NCBI RefSeq assembly: GCF_004010195.1
Contig: NW_025215138.1
Coordinates: 1-64,000 of the forward strand
DNA: 64,000 nucleotides
From: Chiloscyllium plagiosum
Taxonomy: Eukaryota
Reading direction: 5' to 3'
The number at the start of each line of letters is the position of its first letter. Position 1 is the stretch's first letter. The translations under genes and the position numbers were made by a program. Shown piece by piece: positions 25,040 through 38,753 of this stretch. The notes under the pieces are model-generated. The model was not told the origin of the DNA. It searched no databases and was given only the letters and a program-made list of their open reading frames with translations.

Positions 25040-26570
25040 AGAGAGGAGGGTGTAAAGGCTGTCCCCTGTCCATCACACTGCATTTTGTTTATGTGAAACC
25101 TATCATTTATGTCTTATAGTCTGGTTTAGTCCTGTATGGACTGGGTGTAGATGAAATCATTTTGGATTACTCTCATGATGTGTTCTTTATGTTCACAGAC
25201 TCAGTTTAGTTATGAAAGGTGATCAAATGCTACAAGGTCTAATTTGTGATGTCCTCTGCCAAGTTCACCTGAGGAAAATGTCTCACACTCCTGCTTGGTC
25301 TGCGTTGAATGTACCCTTTACTGGAGATGGTCATGTTTTTCACCTGGACTGCATCCACCTCCTCCCTGCTCTCCTTGGGAGTCTATTTTAGCCTGAATGT
25401 AAAATCCTGCTCTGTGAACTGACTGGCAGTAGTTGGATACTGGGGAACTCGGCATGATTGTTCCTAATGCTGTCCTATAGTTGGTCATAAACCAACCAAC
25501 CAGTACATGTTGTGGTCCTGGTTGGTTCCTCCCCTGGAGTTTATCACTAAAAAAAGTAGGTGCTCACAGACCTTTTCTGAAAAAGAGGTAACAGTCATTG
25601 CTAAGGTTCTGAGCCTCCCAACTAGGGAGGGAGGGAGGGCAGTCAGGTACTCAAGTGTCCTCATGCCAAGCAGTGAATTTCCATCTTCAGACCCTGCGGC
25701 AATATCCTGAATTTGAGATTTCCCACGGATGGGGGAAGTAGTGGTGTCCTGATGATATCATTGGACGAGTAGGTTAGAGCATGATGCAAATATTCTGAAC
25801 TCATCTGGTTCACAAATGCCCTTAAGAGGAATCCTGCTTTCTTAAACCAAAAGAGAAAATGCTGGAAATCTCAGCAGGTCTGGCATCATCTGTAAGGAGA
25901 GAAAAGAGCTGACGCTTTGAGTCTAACTGACCCTTTGTCAAAGCTTTTTCTTACCTGGTCTGGCCTACATCTGACTCCAGTAATATGGTTGAAGTTAGGG
26001 GATTAGTAATAAATGCCAGAAATGCCCACACTCAAAGAATGAAATAAAATACAAAGGTGGTGTGCCCTGACAAAATGTTTTTTCTGCTAGGTGCACAACC
26101 TCAACTGTGGCACACAGATCCGGTTTGGTGAATTGATCAGGTTTTTATTTAACTCCCTACAGGAGTTGCCTATCTTTTACCAAGATCTAATCTGGGTTTA
26201 GGATATGGTTACCTCACACTGGATCTATCACCTGTCAAGATTGTCAGCAGTGGTCCAGGAACCACTACTCAGGAAGCCTTCCCTGATACAGTTTTGAATG
26301 GATGGTGGAGGAGGGGGTTTGGATTAATCAGACTGAGGGATATGCTGGACAATGGAGGAGGGGCTGGATCAGTTCATGTACAGTTTGTGGACAATACCAT
26401 CCATAAGCTCAGAAACGCAGTACTTGGCCCCAATGGAACTTGTGGTATCAGGCCAGCCCAGTGGTGTGGTACACTCCAACCTGAACTCAAACTGAATTTC
26501 ACATTGATCCCAGATAAAGGGTTGTTGTTCAGACTGGAGGCTAGGGTAAGAAGACAGAAAATGGGACAGT
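25040..26570 (+). mobile_element. Degenerate Tx1/L1-clade LINE ORF2 fragment, interrupted at ~25730-26050
   Basis: + strand motifs in order: GCPLS (~25058), YSHDVF (YADD position), LVINQ...MLW, VLSLPTREGG, NFHLQTLRQY, LQELPIFYQDLIW, VVQEPLL, GLIRLRDML. Confidence 0.72.
25730..26050 (+). mobile_element. Old SINE-like element with a nested short Penelope-type fragment (~25845-25945)
   Basis: ttacctggtctggcctacat...gactccag and aataaatgc...cccaca tail; nested aaaagagaaaatgctggaaatctcagcaggtctggc. Confidence 0.55.
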
Positions 26571-26814
26571 GAGAAAGAAAACCAGGTGTGCACTCATTTC
26601 TACAAAGACACAACATTTCACAGAATTCTCCAGTTATTCAGGAGACCTGAAAGCTGGTCTGAATGATGAACTGGCATCATCTGATTATTCTCATTCTGCT
26701 TATCAGAGCTTAGAGAGAAAGCAAAGTGCTTGAGCTCCTTGAAAGAGGTGAGCAGATGGTCAGCTTGATGAGTTAAGGCTCATTTGATTGGAACCACATC
26801 CACAAGCATTCATT

Positions 26815-27180
26815 TCCTTCACCACCGATGCTCAACTGCAACAATATCTACCAGCTAAATGATGCACTTCAGAAATGCAACAAGTCTCCTTCGACAGTAT
26901 TTTCCAAACTGACGACCACTGCCATCCAGACAGACAAGTGCAGCAGATACTACGGAACACCACTCCTGCAGGTTGCCCTCCAAGCCAATCACCATCCTGA
27001 CTTGGTAATATATCGCTGTTCCTTCAGTGTTGCTGTGTCAAAATCCTGGACACCCCCAACAGCACTGAGGGTGCACCTGCACACAATGGACAGCAGAGGC
27101 TCAAGATGCTCTAGGGCAGTAAGGATAGGCAACGACTGCTGATCCAGCTAGTGACATCCACATCCCATGAATTAACTTTA
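26815..27180 (+). mobile_element. Old non-LTR element 3' fragment (same family at ~11190-11610, ~27960-28220 and ~48780-49075)
   Basis: Shared caccatcctgacttgg...gttccttcagtgttgctg...gggca(a/g)t(t/a)agg...catcccatgaa motifs across the copies. Confidence 0.6.
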
Positions 27181-30100
27181 AAACAAGGTCGACCAGTGAA
27201 ACCACCACAACAATTATCTTAATGAATGAGAAATTAAGTCAGAGATTGTGAGAAGATATTCAATTAAAGGACATATGTAATAAAATATAATGTAGTAGGT
27301 AGATTCTGTGATTAGGGGATCTAATGAGAAGGATTAATATGAATATGTAAATAGTTTATGTCGTCATGGGAAATGATGTAAGATCAGGCTTCAAGAGATG
27401 TTTCATATCAATGCATAAAACCTGTATTCCTGTTTATGACTAGTATTTCCCAAATTTGAATAAAAGTTAATATTTGCTGACAACAAAGACTCCTGAAACC
27501 TTTATACTGAGTTCTGGAAGCAACCAAAGTACAAAATCAGTGAAATAATGGAACGAGTGACCTCCTATGTGTCAAGGATATGCTATGCTGATGGTTTACG
27601 TCTATCAAATTTTCAGGTCTTCAAATTACTCCAACCAGCATATTTGATCACCGTTAGTTTTTAGTGCCACCAATACTGAGATGATATTTGGGTCTTCTGA
27701 CACAAGGCTGTTCTTCACTTCTGTTCTTGTGACATTCTTTTAATGAGGGCTACACTGCACCTTTTCCACTTTCACTGTCATTTTACAACATAATATGACC
27801 TGGAATATTAAAGTGGGGGAAAGTAAGGACTGCAGATCCTGGAGATCAGAGTCAAGAGTGAGGGGCTGTAAAAGCTCAGCAGGTCAGGCAGTATCCGAGG
27901 AGCAGAAGAATCAATGTTTTTGGCAAGAGCCCTTAATCAGGAATGAAGCTTGTGAGCCAAGGGGTAGGTGCCAGGCTTGGAAAGTGCTATTGAGGGAGTC
28001 TTGGTGAGTTTCCTATGGTGCACCTTGTAGATGCATACACTGCTGCTACTGAGCATTGATGGTGAATGGGCTGTAGATCAAACAGGCTGCTTAGTCCTTG
28101 ATGATGTCAAGCTTCTTGATTGTTGTTGGATCAACACCCTTCCAGGCGCAAGCAGAGAATATTCCATCACTTGCGCTTTGTGGATGGTGGAGAGGTTTTG
28201 GGGAGTCCGGAGGTGAGTTACAAGCTGGAAACGTGCAGTACGCTTCGTGTCCTAATATCTGCTGAATAGTCCTTTAAAATAATCTGCCCTTAATGGTCAG
28301 GATCTGACTTCTTCGTGCACTTCAGCATTTAAAAATAATTGCAACGGGAGTGGTTGCCGACTTTCCCAGTCAGCTCGGCATAAAATTTTGAATTTGAGAG
28401 AAGCAAAAGGAAAAAAGATATAAATTGTGGATTTATTTTGAATTTGAAACTCAAATTGTTTGAGCACTGCTGCTTGCAACAAGCAGGAGCCTGTGAATCA
28501 GTAAGGCAGCCTGACATGCTATATAATTATAAATGCTGTCTTTGTTCCTTCTTTCCAGGTCTTAACAGCCACATAAGATTAAGTGTTGCTCCTGGGGTAC
28601 TGAATAGTAGTTGAATCTGCTGAGTGCTTTTTCCTGGAGAAGTAAAGTTACTGCTCAGCTGAACTGAATTTTACAAGATAATCTTTTTTTAATTTCTTCT
28701 CTGACTAATTCAAACCCTCAGGATGTGTAATGTGAGAGCAGTTTGGTTTTTCAGCAAGATGAGATTTGGTTTTAATTCACTGAGCAGAAATCATTTAAGC
28801 AATGTTTTCTGCATAATTTCACAAACCATTTAAAAAAGTTATGGTCTCATAAAATTTGAATGTAACACAGCAATTGTTGAGACTCCAGGTGTGATTTTAT
28901 TATCAATACACAGTTAAGGCAATAAAATGTTCCATCCTTTCTTTGACTGTTCCTCTGTTTTCTACCTTCTTTCCTTGATTTGACTTTAAGAGCCTTGTGT
29001 TAACACCAAAGTCAAATCTACAGTTATGTGCAGCTTTTGCACGCTCTTAAATGCATCAAATTATACAGCACAAGGAAGTCATTTAACTGCTGGAGTAGTG
29101 GAGCTTAATACTGAAAACAGACAGTGCTGGAGAAACTCAGCAGGTCTGGCAGCATCTGTGAACAGAGAAACAGAGTTAACATTTCCAGTCCAGTTTGACC
29201 TTTCATTGGAACAGAGTGAAGTTTCACACTGTGTCCATGAAAGAGCAATTCAGTTAGCCCCACTCCCTGGCTCTTACCCTTTAGCTTACTATTCTTTGAA
29301 ATGTATATCCCACTCCATTTTGAAAGTGATGAGTTAATCTCCCCATTGTATAACACATTCCAGGTCAGAACAATTTGATCAGTTTTCTTAAAAGTTTCTC
29401 CTCTTCATCGAGAGGTTGATGAATATTGGGAAAAGTTGGGGAATTGGCAAGTGGATGGCAGCACCATGTACAAATGAGAAAATAAATAAGGTGAATTAAA
29501 TGGGAATGATGACAGCACGAGGGAAGAAAGTAGTATTACATGAGATGCAAGCAGACGAAGCGTGATTAGAATGAAATCAGATACAGGTTCACAATGTTCT
29601 ATATAAATGTACTTAGTGTGGTGGATAAAGTATGTGACCTGCAATACAAATGGTTGTCAGGAAAATAATGGAATGAATAAAACAGAAATGTGACTTTAGA
29701 AAGGGATGAGAATGGACATTTCTTCCATGAATTGTGAGTGGTATTGGCAAGGTAAGGATTTGTTGCCCAGCAAATTTGTTATAAAGCGATGATAACAATG
29801 ATCACTGTGAATGAATTTCAATTCCAGATTTTATCAACTACTTGAATTTAAATTCCACCACCATTGTGGTAGGGATTCAAACCCAAAGCCCCAGACCATT
29901 AGCCTGAATCACTGGATTACAAACCCAGTGATATTCCCTCTGCATAAACAAACATCCAATTTGGATGAGTGGGCAAATCCATGGCAGTATGATGTAGATA
30001 CATATGACATTGTTGACTATGGTAGCAGATAGAGAATGGTAGTCTCAACATGCAAAGCATGGATTATTGACAATTGTATTAACATACAAAAATACCTAGA

Positions 30101-30791
30101 TATCCTTGTACACTTCTCACTGAAAGCAAACATGCAGGTGCAGCAAGCACTTGGAAGGCAAATGGGAGGTTGGCATTCATGGCATGGGAGTTTGAGTTCA
30201 GGAGCAAACCCATCTAACTGCAGATGTACAAGGCCTTGGTGAGACCACGCCTAAATCACCTTAAAGTGTTTTTACATCCTCCCTTGCACTCACAGTCTCA
30301 TCAAGATTTGTGTCATCAGTAAACTCGGAAAAATTACATATGATTCTCTTGCACAAATTGATGACAAATGTTATGAACAGCTGGCCCCAACCACTTACCT
30401 ATACAATATTTTACCAGTGATGGCCTTTCACTCCAAAAAAAAAGTTTTTTTTGCTACTCTTCATTTCTGCCTGCTAACCAATTCTTAATCCATGCAAGTA
30501 TATTACCTCCAATGCCAAGAGTTTTGATTTTGAACAAGAATCTCTTATATGAAATTCCAGCAAGATCTTTCTGAAAATTTCAGTGCATCACACCCACTGC
30601 TTCACACTTATCCATTGTTCTGACTGTGATAGAAGGAACATGCTGACAATCAAGCCCTACTACTTCTTCAAACACACCAGTTGTATAAATATTTTGGTAT
30701 GATCACCAAATGGCAAGATGCTTCCCTTTTGTACTACTATCCAGAGCCCAGATGAGGTTCCCCAAGTTATTATTGTTTTATACAGGATACA

Positions 30792-31050
30792 GAGCATCAC
30801 GGTGGCTAGCACTACTGCCTCACAGCACCAGGGACCCAGGTTCGATTCCAGCCTCGGGTGTTGGTCTGTGTGGTGTTTGCACATTCTCCCTGTGTCTGAA
30901 TGGGTTTCCTCCCACAATCCAAAGATGTGCAGGTTAAGTGAATTGGCCATGCTAAATTGCCCATAGTGAGTTATTCAGGGGTAAATGTAGGGGAATTGGT
31001 CTGGGTGGTGTTGGGCTGCTTGTTTCCATACTGTAGGGAATCTAATCTAA
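30792..31050 (+). mobile_element. HE1-like V-SINE
   Basis: ggttcgattcc B-box, V-core and tctaatctaa tail. Confidence 0.88.
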
Positions 31051-31989
31051 CCCAACTAGTACATTCCTGGATAAGGAGAGAGAAACTGGCTTCTCTCCTT
31101 CATTCAGCCACCCACTTGATTGGTTGCAGCTAGATTAATTACCAGAGAAGTCTGTCTATTGTGTACTTTTTAGCCAGAGCAAATGAATTGGTGTTTTAAA
31201 AGGAGCCAATTTAGTCAGGCTTTCTTGAGTTAACAAAAAAAAACTAGTGATTGCAAGAAGAAATGACAACATAGGTTAAAATTGAGAAATATGTACAAAA
31301 TGATTCAGCCACTGAAACATTTGTGGTGAATTTATAGTGGAACTTTGGTGGTTGAACAGTTCATTTTTGAGATTTTTGTCTTTGCAGGTCAATTGTGATT
31401 AATTTGTCCAGTTATCTTTGATTGCAATGCTGTCTAGTTGACCTCTATTACTCAGAATAAATAAAGACATTTACCTGCACTACAGGTGTGATTATTTGAT
31501 GGCTCTTCAATGAGACTTTCCCAGAATAGTGCTCAAAGCCCTTCCTCTCTATCATGTTTACAGTCTTGGGTAATTTCCAGGAGATTTATGTTCAGTTTGT
31601 AATGTATTTTTCACTTTTATGCATTTTTAAATGCATCCCTCTTAAAATTTTCTTGGCATTTCATCCAGTGTGACATTCCAGAGTCTCTCTCAGAAGGTAG
31701 CCATTGGATTTGTATCAGCAATCTGTATCAACTCTCTTTAAAAAACACATGTTGGAATTGAAGGTTGATATGTTCATAGATGATCCAGGATTATGCTCTG
31801 TAGCAACGACAATATCAATATGTGTTCCCGATATGCACCCAAAATTGAAAAATGATATACTCCTTTTAAATATGTTGCATTACGATATAGTCATGAAAAC
31901 ATATACAATATAAAATCATCCTCATCCACACATCATGCAAAATCTGTTCAGTTTCTTGTAGCCTTATTTATGTTCAAGCAATTCATCAC

Positions 31990-33330
31990 ATGATTACATT
32001 CTTAATAGTTCATCAGCAATTATATTACACAATATTTCCACATAAAACTTATTTGTCATAAATCTGAATTAGCAAACTCCAACTGATGAGTGTAGCGTTT
32101 TGGTTCTTAAGTTTTCTAAGAATGGATTCTGGTCTGTGTACTTTCCTGTGGACATGAGGGATATGAATTTCAAAATGTGGAAGAGCCAGTAACAGTCTCA
32201 GTTTCCTTTTCCATTTTGGAATATTTATTTTCATATTGATTTAGTTTCTTAGAACAGTAATTGGCTTCCACATGCTCACCTCATCTTGTAATATGAGAGC
32301 ACCCACTTCCAAGCCATTAATATCAATCGCTATTTTAAAGGGGCAAAAACAGAAATTACTGGAAAAACTCAGCTGATCTGTGAAGCCAAAGCAGAATTAG
32401 CATCTAGTGTCCAATGACCCTTCTTTATTTTAAAGGGTTTAGTGAAGTCAGGGTGGGCCAAAACTCATTCATTTATTCGGATTTTCTTCAGGTTACCAAA
32501 ACCTCTAGCCCTCTTTTCACCACAAAACCTTTGCCCATTTTTGCAATAAATCTATTGGTGGAGGGGAAGGGTGGTGGGCAGCTCTTTAGTAGATGTGTTG
32601 TGCTAACCTTTGGCATGATTCACAATATCTCAAAACTTTTGCGCAAAGTTTCAATAGAGGCCACATATTCCCAATGATCTCATGATATTGCATTTAGTTT
32701 TAGGAACAGGTAATTCTATTCGTAATCCTCTATTTGCAAAACTTGACCTTGCCCTTTGATTTGTCTTGGGCAAGATGCCCTTGCTTACATGAACTCTCTC
32801 AAGATTTATTACAAAATCAGCTAAATGCAACTGTTAAAATAAGGCTTGTTCTTCCCAGCTGTTGCTGTATGTTAATAAATCATTCAAGTAAACTACACAA
32901 TTATGAACATTAGTTGCAACATGTTAATAGGTTTTTGGAAAATAATTGAAGCATTTTTACTTCCCAATGACATGACTCAACATTGATACAGCCCATTTAA
33001 TGTAATGAAAGCAGATACCTCCTTTGACCTCAATAACCAGGACTTTGCCACAATTCCCTGAAACATGTCTGATTAAAGTTGTACATTTTTCTTTATCTCT
33101 TTAGATTCCCTGGAATTCCTTAAGCATCCTCACTAGATCTGCCCAGTGTCTTCTTCTAACTATAAGAATATGGAACCTAAATGTTCCAGTGTTCCAGGCT
33201 TAGCAAAATGGGTAGTGGGAAGTTCAGGAATTGGAAATGTATGAATTGCCTGCATCTCTTTCAACCTCACACTCTCTATCTCTTACATCCTTCACTATTC
33301 TTATTCTCTGACAATTCAGCAATAACAATA
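31990..33330 (-). mobile_element. Gypsy RT/RNase H remnant ending at RNase H (Gmr1-like arrangement)
   Basis: - strand SKEVSAFITLNGLYQC, VYLNDLLTYSNSWEE and terminal NIIADELLRM* (ADALSR position). Confidence 0.7.
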
Positions 33331-33559
33331 CCAATTTATGCAGAAAATACACATATTTATACTGTTTGAGATGAGAGTAGTATTTGATTAGCAAGTGAAC
33401 TCTGATTGATAGAGATACTGTTACGGAAAATTCACCAATTGTTTATGATTGAGAGTTAACCGCTAAGCTTTTTTAAAAAAATTTATACCAGACTGGTTAA
33501 CTTTGCTTGGCCAAGACAGTGCCCTAAGTAATGAACCAGTTAATGACTTTACTGACTAG

Positions 33560-34200
33560 CAATGCAGTATCCATAAACTCATTTGACAATGCTAGCCATT
33601 TAAACAATGTACCACCAAGGAAGCCATTGACATCTGTACTACAGCATTACTTCATGGTGATCTAGACTTGCCACCACTGTGTAATCAATTTTCATTAAAC
33701 TTATGAACATCAGCAACTCATGCAAGTTGCATTCAGTTTCAATGACAGTTTATGTCTAAATAGATGATGTTGTGATAGAATCCCACCAGGCCTAACTCTT
33801 TGTTCAATTCAATGATAAATGTAGCTTCAATGGAATGATGTGAAATTATTTAGTTCTTGTGAATTTCTGATATATAAATGATATGTTTGCTATATTTGAA
33901 TCTGGAGCTGCATGTAAGAATTTCCCTACATTTTGTGATGGGCTCACACTTCAGTCAAATGGAACAAGCAAATCAGCTCCCTTTCCTCGATGTCTTAGTT
34001 GTGAAATTAGCCAGAGGGTTCTCTACTATTGTTTACCACAAACCTCCCTTCACAGTTCCAGTATACACATTGAGATTCTTACAATTCAATGTGCTATAAG
34101 ATGGTCTTATTGACAACCTTGTGAATAAGACCTGAGACATTTCTTCACCATGCAAGCTTGATTGTGAAATATGATATATGAAATATCATACACGTATTGC
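33560..34200 (+). mobile_element. Penelope-like element RT remnant (possible continuation at ~35100-35330)
   Basis: FSFND, degenerate QIDGVAMGSP region and MEQANQLPFLDVLVVK...FSTIVYHKPPFT (the LPFLD/TVYRKPT signature of Penelope-like RTs). Confidence 0.78.
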
Positions 34201-34570
34201 ATTAATCATCATTAATTGGTGCATTGTACATATGTAAGTTATACAAGTTACTATTGTTTCTGGAATTTGGATTTCAGCATTGAGGCAGATCAGTGACCCC
34301 ATTGCACTGAGATGATCCTTTTGCAAGCCAGGATTTTCTGTTCTTCGATCTGTTTTCTCCAGGTCCTTTTTGCCTCTTCGCAGAAGGCACAGGTGATTAG
34401 TTCATTCATTCCATTTTAGTTCATTTTAGTTACTGGTGGAAGGCCATGGCTTCCAGCAACTGCTGAGAGAAAATAAGTTCTTTGGGCTTTAGGCATTTAA
34501 CTGGAGAGAAAGACACATCAATTTCCACTTACTGAAGGCTTTTACTACTATTGTACACACCCACAAGCTG

Positions 34571-35035
34571 TTGCCAGGGTTGGAAGGTTTGAGTTACAGG
34601 GAGAGTCTGAATAGGCTATGGTTGTTTTCCCTGGAGCGTCGGAGACTAAGGGGTGACCTTACAGAGGTTTATAAAACCTTGAGCGACATGCATAGGGTAA
34701 ATAGACAAGGTCTTTTCCCTGGGGTAAGGGAGTCCAGAACTAGAGGCCATAGGTTTAGGGGGAGAGGGGAAAGATTTAAAAGGGCCCTAAAGGGTAGCAT
34801 TTTTACGCAGTGGGTGGTGTGTGTATGGAATGAGCTGCAAGAGCAAGTTGTGGAGGCTGGTACAATTACAACATTTAAAAGGCATCTGGATGGGTATTTG
34901 AATAGGAAGGGCTGAGAGGGATATAGGCCAAATGCTGGCAATTGGGACTAGATTAGGTTAGGATATCGGGTCAACATGGACAAGTTGGACTGAACGGTCT
35001 GGTTCCGTGCTGTACATCTGTATGCCTCTATGACT
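34571..35035 (+). mobile_element. CR1 3' fragment
   Basis: ORF 34571-34915 PGLEGLSYRE...RTRGHRF...VWNELQ. Confidence 0.93.
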
Positions 35036-35859
35036 GTATCTACACAGGAGGCAATCACTTTGTTGTTGTCAGGCTTATGGCCTTTGCCAACTGCAATAGG
35101 GTCACAACTCCACAAACCAATCAACAATATGCTGCTGCCCAAGTCTTTCTTTGTATAAATCACCTGGTATCAGCCCATCCACAAAAAGCTTCCCTCACTG
35201 TTTGATCAAAGCAGTCATGTAAACCAAATTACAATGAGTTTCTGTAACTTGCTTTTTGTAAAACTACAGCAGTTCTTTCCATAGTCACTTACCGTAAAAC
35301 AGTCCTGATTCCATATAAGTCCACAATCAAAAATGGGAAGATATTAAGATGCCATCTTTATGTCTCTCCACCCTTACAAGATGAAGCATTATTTCAAAAA
35401 TATGTTTCATTACAAGGTAATTGATACACAGACAATAATCCTGAGATTTGCATCCATTCATCCTTCTTTCATCTTTAACCAGCTTTTTACAATCTTTGCA
35501 TTTCTTAGATCTTGAACTTATTCTATCGTTTTATACTTGGGACAATGTATCAGAAATTACATTATCTTTTCCAGCAATATGAATAATCTTTACATTAATA
35601 TGATGAAACAAAAGTTTCCATCTGAATAAGCCCCCATTTCAAATTTTAAACTTTTCAGTGAATACCAGTGAATTATGATGAGTGTGAATTAATGCTTCTC
35701 TGGTACCATGTACAACATTGTCCTCAAAATGCCAAAGAGCCAATAATAATCCCAAAGTCTCCTTTTCTGTAGTAGAGCTATAATCTGATATTGGTTAGCC
35801 CTTTCTTAGAGAAGGGCTTCTATATTCCTGACACAGTATTCTGTAATAAGACAGCATTC

Positions 35860-36160
35860 AGAATCATAGAATCCTTACAGTGTGAAAGCAAGCCATTCTG
35901 CCCATCGATTCCACACCAACTCTCCAAACAGCATCCCACTCAGACCCATGCCTCTACCCCATCCTCATAGCCCCACATTTCCCATGGCGAATCCATCTAT
36001 CCTGCACATTCCTGGATACAATGGACAAATTAGCAGGAACAATCCACCAAAACTGTACATCTTTGGACTGAGGGAGGAAACTGGAGCACACAGTGGAAAT
36101 CCATGCAGACATGAGGAGAATGTGCAAATACCATACAGACAGTTGCCAAAGGGTGGTACT
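35860..36160 (-). mobile_element. HE1-like V-SINE
   Basis: V-core on the - strand; (gattcta)n-type tail. Confidence 0.85.
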
Positions 36161-37331
36161 AACTACTGATTCACCATTCTGTGCTACTCTCAAACCACTA
36201 ATATCAATTGCCGGTTTGAAATGTCTGGAAAATAATGAGTGTAACCAACACTGGCTCAGTTCTTAGGATTTCCTTCAGCTTCTTAAAGTCTGCCTAACAT
36301 TCTACTGGCCATAGCGCTTTTGCTTGTTTTCTTATCAAATTATTTAAAGGACTATTATTGCATTGAAATTAGTCACTAATTTCTGGGAAAACCCACAAAC
36401 TCTTAAAACAAAATGAATGACTTCGTGTTTAGTTTTAGGAACAAGGACTTCTATTGTAGCAATCAGAGTATTAACTCTGCTTTCTCTCAACATATTCTGC
36501 CAAACCTGCTGACATTCTCCAAATATTTCTATTTCTATTTGAGCCTTCTCCTTCACTGTCCTTGGCAACACTTGCCTATATCCCATGGTATGTCCTAAGT
36601 AATTAATCTTGGATTCAGGAATTCAATTTTGGCTAAATTTAATACTAAGCCAGTCAACTGTAATTCATTAAAAATATTTTCTACATGTTTCACAGACTTT
36701 TCCCATGTGTTACTATATACCATAATATCATGTCAATAAACTAAACTGTTACTTAGTTCAGCTATGACTTGATTTATTGGTCTCTGAAATACAGCTGGGG
36801 TGTTATTCAACTCAAATATGATAACTCAAAACTTGAATAAGCCATTGGTATTACAAAAGTTGATATTTATGTCGCCCTTAGTGTTAATAGTTCTGCAGTA
36901 CTGCCTCGATAGATAAATTTTAGACAAGACTGAGGCACTACCCGCCTTATTGATACAGTCCAATAACCATGGAATTGGTATGAATCTGTCTTCATGACTG
37001 TACTTACCTTTCTATAATGTGTACAGAATTTAGTGGCCCATCTACTTTAAGAATTAAACTACCAGTGAACTCCAGATGCTTTAACTAGTTCAATAACTTG
37101 GTTTTCCAGGATTTGTTGAATCATTGTTTCTACCTGAGCTTGAATTTCTTGGTCTAGCTTATCATGATGGTGTCATGACTCTCCCATGTGCACAAGCCTA
37201 TCTAATGTAGTATTTCCAAATGTACCTCACAGATTACTATATACTTCCTAAGCAGTCTTATAAGATGGTCTCATTGTCCTTTTTCTAATTGTGAGAAAAC
37301 TATTATTTCTAATTGCCCACATTTTTTTGTA

Positions 37332-37635
37332 TTAGATTAGATTCCCTACAGTGTGGAAACAGACCCTTCAAGTCCACACCGACCCTCCAAAAAGTAACCC
37401 ACCCAGACCCATTTCCCTCTGACTAATGCAGCTAACACTATGGGCAATTTAGCATGGCCAATTCACCTGACCCTCACATCCTTGGACTGTGGGAGGAAAC
37501 TGGAGCACCCGGAGGAAACCCAGGCAGACACGGGGAGAATGTACAAACTCCACACAGTCGCCTGAGGCTGGAATTGAACCTGAGTTCCTGGTGCTGTGAG
37601 GCAGCAGTGCTAACCACTGAGCCACCGTGCTGCCC
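37332..37635 (-). mobile_element. HE1-like V-SINE, full length
   Basis: tRNA-like head, V-core and (TCTAA)n tail. Confidence 0.92.
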
Positions 37636-38597
37636 AAAAGTTCATCAAATTGTAGGAAACTTGCTTTGAGAATTACCTCCTTTTACGTCACTCTTACTTT
37701 CTCATAATTTTTAGCTACTATTACCACTAATTAACTTCCTCTGTATCGTCTTGCCTATTTATGTGTCATAACCAATTTTTCTTGATATAATCAGAAGTAT
37801 TTGTCAAATAAGTCATTTATCTACTACTCTGAACTATTTTATATGGGCAGCTGCAATTCACTCTCAAATATTCACTTTGCAAAGACAACGAGAACAATGT
37901 TTTACTTCCTGCTTGAAACTTTGCAATTGTTGAATGTTCACCTGGCCATTCTTTCAGTTTTAGCAGTGACAGCTTTAAATACTTTTGTGCAGTCCTCCGT
38001 TCCCTTTTGTCTCTTTCTCAAAACATGAATATTTAATCCAACATTGAGGATTTGCCATTTTTTTCAAGTAAGTTTCCTGAATCAATTTTAATGAACCTCT
38101 AATTTCATGGCCATAAATAAATTCAAATGGACCAAGTACATTCATCTGGGGATTCTCTGGCTATAAGTAGGAAGAAATCCAATCCTTTACCCCAATTGTG
38201 TGTGTATTTGTGACAGTATTCCTTAATCATGGTTTTGAGAGTCTGATAATATCTCTCCTAAGCTCCCCTGTATTTGTAGATGATACACAGTTGATATCAA
38301 TGTTTTATATCTTTATGAAGCCTTGTATTGATGCCCACATTTTCTGTGTTCCTATATGCTCTGCCATCAGAACTGCAGATGCTGCTTGCAATATCTATTG
38401 ATGATATCTGGGTAGAACCATCATTTTATTATTCTTCCTTTATGGGTCTGTGAAGATACTTCCAGCTCCACGTCAGAACTCCATTTTTAATGCAGTATTG
38501 CTCTGGAAATCTTTCTGTCTCAGATTCAGTGAGAGCTGTCTGTCCTAACTTACTTAGCTTTGACCTGAACTGCAATTAACAAAGGCACACCAAACAC

Positions 38598-38753
38598 TTA
38601 GATTGCTTAGATTACTTACAGTGTGGAAACAGGCTCTTCGGCCCAAAAAGTTCACACCGACCCTCCAAAGAGCAACCTACCCAGACTCATTCCCCTACAT
38701 TTACCCCTTCACCTAACACTTAGGGCAATTTAGCTTGGTCAATTCACCTAACA
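38598..38753 (-). mobile_element. HE1-like SINE 3' part
   Basis: Matches the 3' half of the copies at 22652 and 49386. Confidence 0.85.

Noticed and set aside
25494..25527. 10-bp stem hairpin AACCAACCAG...CTGGTTGGTT as a possible miRNA
   Set aside because: Stem is too short for a pre-miRNA and lies inside a decayed LINE.
26374..26600. Minus-strand polypyrimidine/AG acceptor and ORFs, considered as an RTP-like exon
   Set aside because: No RTP zinc-finger motifs; the + strand is better explained as Tx1-like ORF2.
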